This document shows positions 54,432 through 63,015 of a stretch of DNA of 64,000 nt, in pieces. The stretch covers positions 12,072 to 76,071 of the forward strand of contig JBASAZ010000141.1 of assembly GCA_049650845.1 (NCBI GenBank), written 5' to 3'. The notes under the pieces are model-generated. The model saw only the letters and a program-made list of their open reading frames with translations, was not told the DNA's origin and made no database searches. The position numbers were made by a program, and so were the translations under genes. This stretch comes from Ornithinimicrobium sp. (GTDB lineage: Bacteria; Actinomycetota; Actinomycetes; Actinomycetales; Dermatophilaceae). How positions within the stretch are numbered: the first letter of the stretch is position 1; each line of letters starts with the position of its first letter.

Positions 54432-55262
54432 TTAGTTGACGCGCCCGTAGCTCACGCTGCCGGGGAAAATGGTGCGAAGCGTGGTGCCGCGGGTGGAACG
54501 GCCCGAGTCGTAGAACTTGCCGTTGCCGGCGTAGATCCCGACGTGGGTCGCGGGGTAGCCGTGGAAGACCAGGTCACCCGGGCGCGGGTTGGACGTCCGC
54601 GTCGTGGCGCGCTGGATGCTGGCAGCCGTGCGAGGCAGGTTGACGCCCGACTTCTTGAACACGTAGTTCACGTAGCCCGAGCAGTCGAAGCCGCTCGAGG
54701 GCGAGCTGCCGGCCCAGACGTACCGCACGCCGAGGTAACGCTTGGCGTTGGTGACGACGCTGCTCGAGGAGCGCGACGTGCTGCGCGAGGCCGACGAGCT
54801 GCCGCGCGAGGAGGACGACAGACCCATGGCACGCGAGGTCTTGGGACCGACGATGCCGTCCGCGACCAAGCCGTTACGGCTCTGCCAGCGCTTCACGCGA
54901 GAGTGCGTCTTGGGGCCGAAAATGCCGTCTGGGTAGGCGCCGACGATGCGCTGAATGCTGCGAGTCGAGCCCCCGCGCGAACCCCAACGGTAGGTGGAGG
55001 AACTCCGCGGAGTGGGCAGCACGCGGCTTGGCGCGGGAGTGGCAGTCAGGCCAGCGCTCGACGCGGCAGGGGCCGGGGTGGCCGGGACGGCCGTTGCTCC
55101 CGTGCGTGCGGAGGGTGTGGCGGCCGAGGAAGTCGCCTGACTGGCGCCAGCCGTGGATAGGGCCAGACCACTCGTAGCGGCAAGAGTCACAAAGACCTTG
55201 GCCACGGGCTTGGCAGACATACGTCGCGAGGCGCGGTGACGCCCGGGCACGATCGAAGACAC
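54432..55262 (-). CDS. secreted NlpC/P60 peptidoglycan endopeptidase with a PG_binding_1 domain
   Basis: ORF 54432..55319. GTG 55262 sits 8 nt after GGAGAG (ATG 55220 is the alternative). Signal peptide. PG-binding repeat DGIFGPKTHSRVKRWQSRNGLVADGIVGPKT. Catalytic GFDCSGYVNYVF and HVGIYAG. Confidence 0.8.
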   Translation of the reverse strand: MSSIVPGRHRASRRMSAKPVAKVFVTLAATSGLALSTAGASQATSSAATPSARTGATAVPATPAPAASSAGLTATPAPSRVLPTPRSSSTYRWGSRGGSTRSIQRIVGAYPDGIFGPKTHSRVKRWQSRNGLVADGIVGPKTSRAMGLSSSSRGSSSASRSTSRSSSSVVTNAKRYLGVRYVWAGSSPSSGFDCSGYVNYVFKKSGVNLPRTAASIQRATTRTSNPRPGDLVFHGYPATHVGIYAGNGKFYDSGRSTRGTTLRTIFPGSVSYGRVN

Positions 55263-55278
55263 AGTGAACTCTCTCCAT

Positions 55279-55421
55279 ACGCCTACGGGGTGAGCTGTCG
55301 GGTTCGGGTGGAGATGCATTACCCGGCCCTCGCGAAAACTCTCGAGGACTTAACCCCAAGGCGCGTCTCACGACGCACCGATAACGTTGGGTCCCCCGCT
55401 CCTGTCGAACGGATTGTGCGT
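55279..55421 (-). promoter_or_regulatory. cyclic-di-AMP riboswitch (ydaO/yuaA class) in the NlpC/P60 leader
   Basis: The minus-strand RNA contains CGCACAAUCC...GGAGCGGGGGACCCA...CUUGGGGUUAAGUCC...CACCCGAACCCGACAGCUCACCCCGUAGGCGU, matching the conserved ydaO blocks. It ends 3 nt before the SD. Confidence 0.8.
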
Positions 55422-55488
55422 CGTTACCCGACCATGGTGACAGGACTCGGCGACCAGGTGGGACTCCTCAGGGGGAGAAGCGGGACCG

Positions 55489-55517
55489 ACAATACATAGA
55501 TATCGGCGATGTGTCAC
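55489..55517 (-). promoter_or_regulatory. putative promoter for the riboswitch-NlpC/P60 transcript (-35 GTGACA, 17 bp, -10 TATTGT)
   Basis: Found in the only AT-rich patch of the 400-bp intergenic region, about 60 nt upstream of the riboswitch. Confidence 0.3.
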
Positions 55518-55671
55518 GTTTGGGTAACGATGAATTGAATTTTGCATCTCTCGGCGTGTCCGCCATCCGGTTCCCGATCGTCCGGTTCGGGTAAGCGATT
55601 TCAGCGGGACCTGGGTTTGCTCGGGACAACGGCGCTGCCGCCGCCCGGCCGAGCGGCAACGGCGGGGAAAA

Positions 55672-58353
55672 TCAGGCTGAGATGGACCTGACCTGCGCGC
55701 CAGGAATGGCGGTGTATCGCGCGGGAGTGCACGTCAGCAGCACGATTTGGCCGAGGTGAGAGGCGTCGCCGAGCACGGCGCCCAATCGCTGCAGGCGCTC
55801 CGGATCGGTGTAGCCCAGTGCATCATCGATCACCACCGGGACCGACTGCAGAACGTCGACCAACACGGCCACTGCGAGTCTGGCCAGGATGCCGAGCTGT
55901 TCCTTGGCTCCCCCCGAAAGGTGCTCGAACGCGACGGTGGCGCCGTGCAGCTCGCGATGAGTGATGACCAGATCCGGGCTGACGCGGACACCGAAAGACG
56001 AACCGTAGATGGCCCGGCCCACGCGCTCGATCTCACGGGCGTACGGCGCAACGTAACTGGCGTGGGCGCTGTCGCGGTGACGTTGCAAGGTCAGGTGCAG
56101 CTGTCGAGCGGCTCTGGCCCTCCTGCCCACGGAGTCCAACGACCTCTGCGCCTCGGCGAAGTGCTGCTCGGCACGGTCATGTTCCTCTTGGCGACCCTCC
56201 CCCGCGGCCATCTCCAATCGTCCCTTGAGCTCATGGAACTGCGCTTTGAGGTCGTCCCGGCGAGCACTCGCCTCCTCACAATCCGCGGTCAGGGCGCTCA
56301 GTCGCCGTTCGAGCTCATCGATGCCGCTGAGGCGCAGCTCGGCGAGCACCCCGTCGTGGCGCGACGTCGCAGCCTGCGCCGCCACCCGTGCGTCGCTCAG
56401 CGCGTGGTGCAGCTGGTCATCCGCGAGCTGGGCTCGCGCTTCGGCTAACCGACCGCGCAACAGGTCCAGCTCAGCCGTGGCGCCATCGCGTCGGGTCCTG
56501 AGCAGGTCGCGGGTGCGCGCCGCTGCGGCCTCGGCCTTGCGCATTCGGTCCATCTCGTCCTCGGCGTCGTCCCGGGCTTTGCGCAACGGTCGCAGGCGCT
56601 GCTGGGCTGCCAGGGCCAGATGACGCGCCTGGTCGATATCGGGCACTCCTGACGCTGACTCGATCGACCCATCCGCCTGCGCTTCGGTGTCCCGCCCCTC
56701 GGTGCACTGCTGAAGCCACGCCTGACGCTGGTCGCGCTGCTCGGACAGCTCAGCAAGGTCACGGCTGCCGGCCAGAGCCTGCTCCAAGCCGCGCTCGAGC
56801 TCGACGACATCGGCGTCGGCGCGTTGGTGCTCCTGCGCCAACGCCCGAGCGTGCTCCCCGTCCCGGGCCGCCACGGCCGCGAGCCGGTCGGTGAGATCCT
56901 GCTGCAGGGCGTCACGCTGCTCGGCTTGCCGAGCTACGTCCCGGTGGGGTCGGACCTCGATGCGCACCGCCCCGTCCACCGTGAAGTCGCTGCCTCGCGT
57001 GACGCGGTAGTCCACCGGCCCGCCACCGCCGCTCAGGGTGAGTGACCCCCCGTCGGCGCACACCTCATGTTGTCCGCTCAAGGCATGCATCGTGACCACG
57101 GTGGCACCGGCTTCGAGTGCGTTCTGAGCGAGCGCCAAGCGGTGCTCAGCCTGCTCGATCTCACGCAACACCTGAGCAGAGACCGTTGCCGCGCGTAGCG
57201 CTCGGCGGGCCACGGAAAGGCGTTGGTCCAACGCGCTGGCCACCCGCACTCGATCCTGCAGTGCCGTGACCTCGGCCCACGCCTGCAGGCTGGAGACCCG
57301 TGCCGCAGCCGCGTCCGCCTCCTCCTGGCCCTGGGTGCATGCGCGGCGCGCGGCCTGGAGACGTGCAGTGGCCCCGCGCAGCTTCGCCGCCGCCTCCGCC
57401 GCTTCGCGTGTGGAGACGTCCTCGTCCTTCGCCGTGTCCTCCAGGCGCTCCGAGCGTTCGGTGATCTCACGCCGCAACCGCTCCCGGATCTCGCCGTCGG
57501 CCTCTGCGCGCTGGCGATGCTGAACCGCGGCCTGCATCGTGGCCGATGCTTCCTGCTCGCGCTCGCGAAGCCGGCGCGCCTGGGCAACCTGTTCGGCCAA
57601 CGCCTGCCGCTTCTCGCCCAGCACCGGCACGACACCTTCCGCGCCGGCGAGGAGGTCCGCGAGGTCGTCGCGCTGCCGGACCAGCACCTCGGCCTCGTGC
57701 AGCCCCCGGTGAGCCTCGGCGACCGCGTCCTGCGCCAGGGTGCAGGCGGTCAGCGCTGCCCGCAGCTCGCCTGTCGGTCGGCCGTTGACGGCCGTGAAGT
57801 ATCGACTGTATTCCGCTTCGACGGCGTGCAGCAGGTCTGCTGACCCCTCGGTGTGCAGGTCGGCGCCAGCAGCGGCGTCCAACGCTTGCGTCAATACGGC
57901 GCTATCGGAGAGGCGGATATGCGAAGAGGGCCCCGCCTGGGCAAAGCGCAGCGCCTCGAAGAGCGGGCGATCCAGGCACTCATCGAGAATGGCGGTCATC
58001 CGCGCCTGCGCGGCCTCACCGCTGAGTTGCTCCGGGATCGGCTGCAGCACACGCAAGGTGGTCCCCGACTGCCGCAGCCAGCGTTTGGTGAAGATCAACC
58101 GGTAGGGCCCGAGAGACAACTCCACCTCTGCGAAGGGTCCGACGTCGTGTCCCACCGGCTGCAGGGCCATGATGCCCGCGGCTTTCGAGTGGGCCTTGGC
58201 TTTCGGATCGAGCAGACGATCCAACGCCTCCAAGAAGGTGGACTTCCCGACCTCGTTCGGGCCTTCGATCACCACGACGCCGGTGTCGGGAAGCTCGATC
58301 TCGGCGTCGACGACGCCCTTGACGTGTTGCAGCCGCAGCCGATGGATTTTCAT
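55672..58353 (-). CDS. SbcC/Rad50-like coiled-coil AAA ATPase (Rv1278-like), no CxxC zinc hook
   Basis: 893-aa ORF. Walker A GPNEVGKST. About 600 aa of Ala/Arg/Glu/Leu-rich coiled coil. Signature LSGGAKEQL. Walker B VVIDDALGYTD. Confidence 0.8.
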   Translation of the reverse strand: MKIHRLRLQHVKGVVDAEIELPDTGVVVIEGPNEVGKSTFLEALDRLLDPKAKAHSKAAGIMALQPVGHDVGPFAEVELSLGPYRLIFTKRWLRQSGTTLRVLQPIPEQLSGEAAQARMTAILDECLDRPLFEALRFAQAGPSSHIRLSDSAVLTQALDAAAGADLHTEGSADLLHAVEAEYSRYFTAVNGRPTGELRAALTACTLAQDAVAEAHRGLHEAEVLVRQRDDLADLLAGAEGVVPVLGEKRQALAEQVAQARRLREREQEASATMQAAVQHRQRAEADGEIRERLRREITERSERLEDTAKDEDVSTREAAEAAAKLRGATARLQAARRACTQGQEEADAAAARVSSLQAWAEVTALQDRVRVASALDQRLSVARRALRAATVSAQVLREIEQAEHRLALAQNALEAGATVVTMHALSGQHEVCADGGSLTLSGGGGPVDYRVTRGSDFTVDGAVRIEVRPHRDVARQAEQRDALQQDLTDRLAAVAARDGEHARALAQEHQRADADVVELERGLEQALAGSRDLAELSEQRDQRQAWLQQCTEGRDTEAQADGSIESASGVPDIDQARHLALAAQQRLRPLRKARDDAEDEMDRMRKAEAAAARTRDLLRTRRDGATAELDLLRGRLAEARAQLADDQLHHALSDARVAAQAATSRHDGVLAELRLSGIDELERRLSALTADCEEASARRDDLKAQFHELKGRLEMAAGEGRQEEHDRAEQHFAEAQRSLDSVGRRARAARQLHLTLQRHRDSAHASYVAPYAREIERVGRAIYGSSFGVRVSPDLVITHRELHGATVAFEHLSGGAKEQLGILARLAVAVLVDVLQSVPVVIDDALGYTDPERLQRLGAVLGDASHLGQIVLLTCTPARYTAIPGAQVRSISA

Positions 58354-59594
58354 CGGGTCGGCGCTCCGCTCAACCGAAACAACAACGCCAGCGCGTCCCG
58401 GGCACTGTCCGCGTCATCCGCACGGTCCGGGTCATACAGCGAAGCACGTGCGCCGCTGTCGGTCTCCCCCGTAGGCAGGTCTTGACGATCCTCCCCCGCA
58501 GGCCGGTCTCGATCATCGTGGACGCCCGATTCGGACATGCGGAGCCTGATCTCCTCCGCGGCACGATCCACGTAACCGGAGATCGACATCTGCGACCACT
58601 GCTGCTCGTCCGGAATGATGACCAGGTCCGTGTGACGATCCCACTCCCGCAACCCCGCGAAGGTGGTCTGCAACCCCTCCAACGCTTCCTGCAGCCGAGC
58701 GTAGTCCGCCAAGGTCAGCCCACCACGTAGTGCCACCTTGAGGACGACCTTTTCCTTGCCCGACACGGCGTCCAGCTCGGCAATGAACCGGTCCACGTCC
58801 TGGGTGGAGTTCAGGTCGCGGGTCAGCGTGCGGAAATCCCAGGTGCCGGTGCGATGGGACACGACCTGAGGCGGACTGTCCCTGGCCAGCTCGACCACCA
58901 GCACTTCACCGGGCGTCTCCTCACGCGGATCGGTGACCTCGATGGTCCCTGAGTACCAGATACAACCGTGCCCGCCGACGTCGGTGCGCGAGTGCCGATC
59001 CCCCAAGGCGACGTAGTGGATCTGGCCACGACGCACGGCCCCCACCAAACCTGTGGTGTCGATGGCTGCCGGGCTACGTCCACTGGGGTCCAACACGTCG
59101 ACGCCGCCGTGACCGACCAGGACCCGGATGGTGTCGTCGGCGGGGCCAACCCCGGCCAGGGCGGCGGCGACCAGGTCGCGCCCCGGATGCTTGCCTCGCC
59201 ACGGCGCAGCGATGATCTGCACCCCGTCGGCGACGTCGTACGGTCCTTCGCTGTCCAACACCGTCACGTTGCTGGGGCACGCACCGACGAAGGTGGGCTG
59301 CCGATAGATGCTCACCGCGTCGAGCGGGTCGTGGTTCCCCGGCAGCAGATACACCGGCAGCGCGATCTCACCCATGGCGTCCAGCGCGCGGCGCACTGTC
59401 CCCTGGCGCAGCTGATTGCTCTCGAAGACGTCCCCGGCCACGACCACGAAGGCACACCCTTGCTCGCGGGCGATCCGGCCGGCCGCACGGATGGCCATCA
59501 GCCGGTCGTGGTCGAACCGGGCCTGGGCCTCTGGCTGCAACCAGCGACGGGTCATCCCGATCTGCCAGTCGGCGGTGTGCAGGAAGGTGACCAT
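58350..59594 (-). CDS. SbcD/Mre11-like metallophosphoesterase (Rv1277-like) with an acidic C-terminal tail
   Basis: ORF 58350..59636 trimmed to ATG 59594. Calcineurin-like motifs FLHTADWQ, VVAGDVFE, LPGNHDP, LVGHGG. ATGA overlap with the ATPase gene. Confidence 0.8.
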   Translation of the reverse strand: MVTFLHTADWQIGMTRRWLQPEAQARFDHDRLMAIRAAGRIAREQGCAFVVVAGDVFESNQLRQGTVRRALDAMGEIALPVYLLPGNHDPLDAVSIYRQPTFVGACPSNVTVLDSEGPYDVADGVQIIAAPWRGKHPGRDLVAAALAGVGPADDTIRVLVGHGGVDVLDPSGRSPAAIDTTGLVGAVRRGQIHYVALGDRHSRTDVGGHGCIWYSGTIEVTDPREETPGEVLVVELARDSPPQVVSHRTGTWDFRTLTRDLNSTQDVDRFIAELDAVSGKEKVVLKVALRGGLTLADYARLQEALEGLQTTFAGLREWDRHTDLVIIPDEQQWSQMSISGYVDRAAEEIRLRMSESGVHDDRDRPAGEDRQDLPTGETDSGARASLYDPDRADDADSARDALALLFRLSGAPTR

Positions 59595-59640
59595 GCGCCC
59601 CACGGTAGGAGCCTGCGCCGACAAACCCCGGCACATCCCT

Positions 59641-59997
59641 TCAGTGTCCCCAGAGCAACAACGGCAGCAAGGCCGCCAACCCCCCCGACCCGGTGGTCAC
59701 CGAGAGATATCCGATCGCCTGGACCCTGTTCTCATGCCACAGCTCCGACACCTGCAGTGCCAACGTGCTGTAGGTCGTGAGCGCACCGCATACCCCCGTG
59801 CCCAGCACGGCGAACCACATCGGTGACAGCGCGGGCCCCAGGGCCACGAGGGTTCCCAACGCCAAGGCGCCCGTGGTGTTCGCGACGAACACTCCGCGCA
59901 GGGCACCCCACGGGCCGGACGCGGCCAGGTGTCTGATCCCGGCACCGCAGGCTCCGCCTACGGCGATCGCCACCCACACGTCGATCGCCATACTCAT
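59641..59997 (-). CDS. crcB: fluoride channel CrcB/FEX subunit
   Basis: ORF 59641..60222 trimmed to ATG 59997, giving 118 aa. Four TM segments. GTGVCGALTTYSTL motif. ATGA overlap with the upstream crcB. Confidence 0.8.
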   Translation of the reverse strand: MSMAIDVWVAIAVGGACGAGIRHLAASGPWGALRGVFVANTTGALALGTLVALGPALSPMWFAVLGTGVCGALTTYSTLALQVSELWHENRVQAIGYLSVTTGSGGLAALLPLLLWGH

Positions 59998-60413
59998 TCC
60001 TGTTCGCGGGCCCGTGGAGCATGGCCATACGGCAGACCGAACAGGCGCGGCGCGTGCACACCCAGCCAGGCTGCCGCGACACAGCTGATCGGCGTCAACA
60101 CCGCATACACCAACGCGACTGTGGCCTGGCCGTCGAGCTGCAACATGTGGGCCACCACCACGTAGCTGGAAAAGGTGGTGAACCCGCCGAGCACCCCCGT
60201 GCCGAGCGCCGGCTTCACCCACCAGATCCGCAGGCCCACCGTCAGGAGCGTCACCATGCCCAGCCCAAAACTACCCACGACGTTGATGCCCAGGGTCGAC
60301 CACGGAAAGGTCCCGATGCCGCCACCGAGGCGCCGTTCCACCTCGGCTCGCAGCAGGGCCCCGACAGCACCGCCCAGCGACACCGCAATCAGCACCCGTT
60401 GTCCCTGTTTCAT
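59994..60413 (-). CDS. crcB: fluoride channel CrcB/FEX subunit
   Basis: 139-aa ORF. GGAVGALLR, TLGINVVGSFGLG, GVLGGFTTFSS motifs. Confidence 0.85.
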   Translation of the reverse strand: MKQGQRVLIAVSLGGAVGALLRAEVERRLGGGIGTFPWSTLGINVVGSFGLGMVTLLTVGLRIWWVKPALGTGVLGGFTTFSSYVVVAHMLQLDGQATVALVYAVLTPISCVAAAWLGVHAPRLFGLPYGHAPRAREQE

Positions 60414-60513
60414 CGACCTGAGCCTAAAGGTGTCGGTCGGTTAGCCTTGGACGCATGACGTCGAGCAGGTCCCCCCTTTCTGACCAACCCGCGCCGGGTG
60501 CTGCCCGGCCGAC

Positions 60514-61962
60514 GTGCGGACGTCCTACGTGCTAATTGCCAGCGGCTTGTTGGTCATCTTCGCGCTGACCATCGCCACCGGGTATTTCGTCGCCCAAGAG
60601 TTCGCCTACGTCTCGGTGGATCGCGGCAAGCTGGCCAAGCTCGCCGATCAGGGCGACGCCGCCGCGCAGCGTGCGCTGAAGGTGACCTCCCGCTTGTCCT
60701 TCACCCTGTCCGGCGCACAGTTCGGGATCACCTTGACCGCGCTCTTGGTGGGATACGCGGGCGAGCCCTTGCTGGGGCGCGGTCTGGCCGACCGGTTGGG
60801 CTTCACCGGACTCTCCGACGGGGCCACCCTCACGCTCTCGCTGGCCATTACCTTGATCTTCAGCACCGCCGTACAGATGGTGCTCGGTGAGCTCGGCCCC
60901 AAGAACCTGGCCATCGCTCGCTCGGTGCCGCTGGCTCGTTGGTTGTCCCGCTCCACGCTGTGGTACTTGATGCTGGCCGGGCCGATCATCTCAGTCTTCG
61001 ACAAGGCGTCCAACGCCCTGCTGCGCTCGGTGGGCATCGAGCCCGTGGAGGAGCTGCCGCAGGGGGCGACACCGGAGGATCTGCAGCGGATCATCTCCGA
61101 CTCGGCGATGGGCGGGTTGCTCGACGACGACCTCACCAAACTGCTCGGCCGGGGGTTGGCCTTCCGAGGCCACGCCGCCGAGGAAGTGATGACTCCGCGG
61201 ATCGACGTGGAGACCGTCCAGGCCGATGACCCAGCCAGCCGCGTCCTGGAGCTGCTGGACACCGGACACTCCAGGTTTCCGGTGATCGGCCGCGACATCG
61301 ACGACATCGTCGGGGTGATCGGGTTGCACGAGCTGCTCACCGTGCCCGCCGAGCAGCGTGGACGCATCCCCGTGCGAGACCTGGCCGACGAGGCACTGAT
61401 CCTGCCGGAGTCCTTGCCGTTGCCGCGTGTCCTGGAAGAGCTGCGCGAGCAGCACCGCCAGATCGCCGTGGTGGTCGACGAGTACGGCGGATTCGCCGGT
61501 GTGATCACGTTCGAAGACGTGGCCGAGGAAGTCGTCGGCGAGATCTGGGACGAAGACGACGATGAAGAGGCCGAGCCCACCGCCCGCACCGACGGCGCAT
61601 GGCAGCTCGCCGCCCGGATGCGCATCGACGAGGTCGAAACCATCACCGACATCGCCCTGCCGGAGAACGAGGACTACGACACGTTGTCCGGGCTGGTGAT
61701 GCACCAGCTCGGCCGGATGGCCCGCGAAGGTGACCGAGTGGCAGTGACCTGGTCGGCCCGCAGCGAGGACGGCGATCCTCAAGAGGTCAGCGTCGACATC
61801 GAAGTGCTCAGCATCACCCGCTTCGTCCCCGAGATGGTCGCTGTCTATCCCGAGCAGATCACCGACCTCGACCCTGACTCCGCAGCCGGCGGCGAGACAC
61901 CCCCGGACACCACGGCGCAGCACGACGACACCGCGACCTCGGCGGAGGGGAGCCAGCGATGA
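60514..61962 (+). CDS. CNNM/hemolysin-family membrane protein (DUF21 + CBS pair + CorC_HlyC)
   Basis: 482-aa ORF. ATGYFVAQEFAYVS DUF21 start, LGELGPKNLA, CBS pair, C-terminal transporter-associated domain, acidic tail. Confidence 0.8.
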   Translation: MRTSYVLIASGLLVIFALTIATGYFVAQEFAYVSVDRGKLAKLADQGDAAAQRALKVTSRLSFTLSGAQFGITLTALLVGYAGEPLLGRGLADRLGFTGLSDGATLTLSLAITLIFSTAVQMVLGELGPKNLAIARSVPLARWLSRSTLWYLMLAGPIISVFDKASNALLRSVGIEPVEELPQGATPEDLQRIISDSAMGGLLDDDLTKLLGRGLAFRGHAAEEVMTPRIDVETVQADDPASRVLELLDTGHSRFPVIGRDIDDIVGVIGLHELLTVPAEQRGRIPVRDLADEALILPESLPLPRVLEELREQHRQIAVVVDEYGGFAGVITFEDVAEEVVGEIWDEDDDEEAEPTARTDGAWQLAARMRIDEVETITDIALPENEDYDTLSGLVMHQLGRMAREGDRVAVTWSARSEDGDPQEVSVDIEVLSITRFVPEMVAVYPEQITDLDPDSAAGGETPPDTTAQHDDTATSAEGSQR

Positions 61963-63008
61963 GCACCGCCACCGCATTGTTCGTCTCGATCCTGCTGCTG
62001 GTCTTGAACGGGTTCTTCGTCGCCACTGAGTTCGCGGTCGTCGCCTCCAAACGGCACCGGCTGGACGAAGCCGCCGAGAGTGGCAGCCGTGCCGCCAGAG
62101 CGGCGGTGAATGCTCATCGTGAGATGTCCCTCATGCTGGCCGGTGCGCAGCTGGGCATCACCTTGTGCACGTTGGGTTTGGGGGCCCTGTCCGAGCCGGC
62201 CATCGCCTCCTTGCTCGAACCGCTCTTCCACAGCCTCGGCATGCCTGATGGGTTGAACCACGTCATCGCGGTTCTCATCGCGGTCTCGATCGTCGTCTTC
62301 TTGCACATGGTGGTCGGTGAGATGGCTCCGAAGTCGTGGGCGATCTCCCACCCCGAGACCTCGGCGCTGCTGTTGGCACTACCGTTCCGGGCCTTCACCT
62401 GGGTCGTCCGTCCGGCGCTGTTCGTGCTCAACGGGATGGCCAACGGGCTGCTCCGCCTGGTGAAGGTGGATCCGATCGACACCGTGGAGTCAGCCACGCA
62501 CGGGCCCGCAGACCTGCAGTTGCTGCTGTCCCAGTCGCACGAGCACGGCGTGCTGCCGGACGCAGATCACCAAATGCTCAGCGGGGCCCTGCGCCTGGAG
62601 TCCGAGACCGTCTCCTCGGTGATGTTCGCGCTGGACGACGCGGTCACGGTCCCTGAAGGCGGGACAGCCCGAGACGTGGAGGTCGCCTGTCACCGCAGCG
62701 GCCATTCACGGTTGTTCGTCAGGGACCAGCGCCAGCGCGTCATCGGTCTGGTTCACGTGCGTGACGCGATGCGCTCCACCTCCCGCGGGCACGAGCAGAC
62801 ACCGGTGATGGACTTCGTGCAGGAGCCGACCTGGCTCGCCCACGACCTGCCCCTGATCGACGCGGTCAGCGAAATGCGCCGTGCACGTTCCCAGCTGGCC
62901 TTGGTCCGCGACGACTCGGATCAGCTGGTCGGTTTGGCGTCCCTGGAGGACATCGTGGAGCAGATCCTCGGTGAGTTCGACGACGAGACGGACTCCGCCC
63001 AGGTATGA
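61959..63008 (+). CDS. CNNM/hemolysin-family membrane protein (DUF21 + CBS pair, no CorC domain)
   Basis: 349-aa ORF. ATGA overlap with the previous gene. LNGFFVATEFAVVAS, VVGEMAPKSWA, CBS pair. Confidence 0.8.
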   Translation: MSTATALFVSILLLVLNGFFVATEFAVVASKRHRLDEAAESGSRAARAAVNAHREMSLMLAGAQLGITLCTLGLGALSEPAIASLLEPLFHSLGMPDGLNHVIAVLIAVSIVVFLHMVVGEMAPKSWAISHPETSALLLALPFRAFTWVVRPALFVLNGMANGLLRLVKVDPIDTVESATHGPADLQLLLSQSHEHGVLPDADHQMLSGALRLESETVSSVMFALDDAVTVPEGGTARDVEVACHRSGHSRLFVRDQRQRVIGLVHVRDAMRSTSRGHEQTPVMDFVQEPTWLAHDLPLIDAVSEMRRARSQLALVRDDSDQLVGLASLEDIVEQILGEFDDETDSAQV

Positions 63009-63015
63009 GGGTGGG

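Noticed and set aside
55600-55671. Possible intrinsic terminator after the SbcC-like gene (GCCGC-N8-GCGGC).
   Set aside because: The stem is only 5 bp with mismatched extensions and no U-tract, so it is not convincing.
55672-59594. SbcCD-like pair as an anti-phage defence system (Lamassu/Wadjet/Gabija-like).
   Set aside because: Only two genes are present, with no effector, kleisin-like or helicase partner. They are flanked by housekeeping-type genes (crcB, cell-wall hydrolase). The sizes and motifs fit the conserved actinobacterial Rv1277/Rv1278 pair, with no mobile-element context.
60414-60513. Possible fluoride (crcB-motif) riboswitch upstream of the crcB pair.
   Set aside because: The conserved GAUGG / UUCxCC / AACCGCC / GGCUGAUGA blocks are not present in order on the minus strand. 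Only a weak GGCUAACCGACC resemblance was seen.
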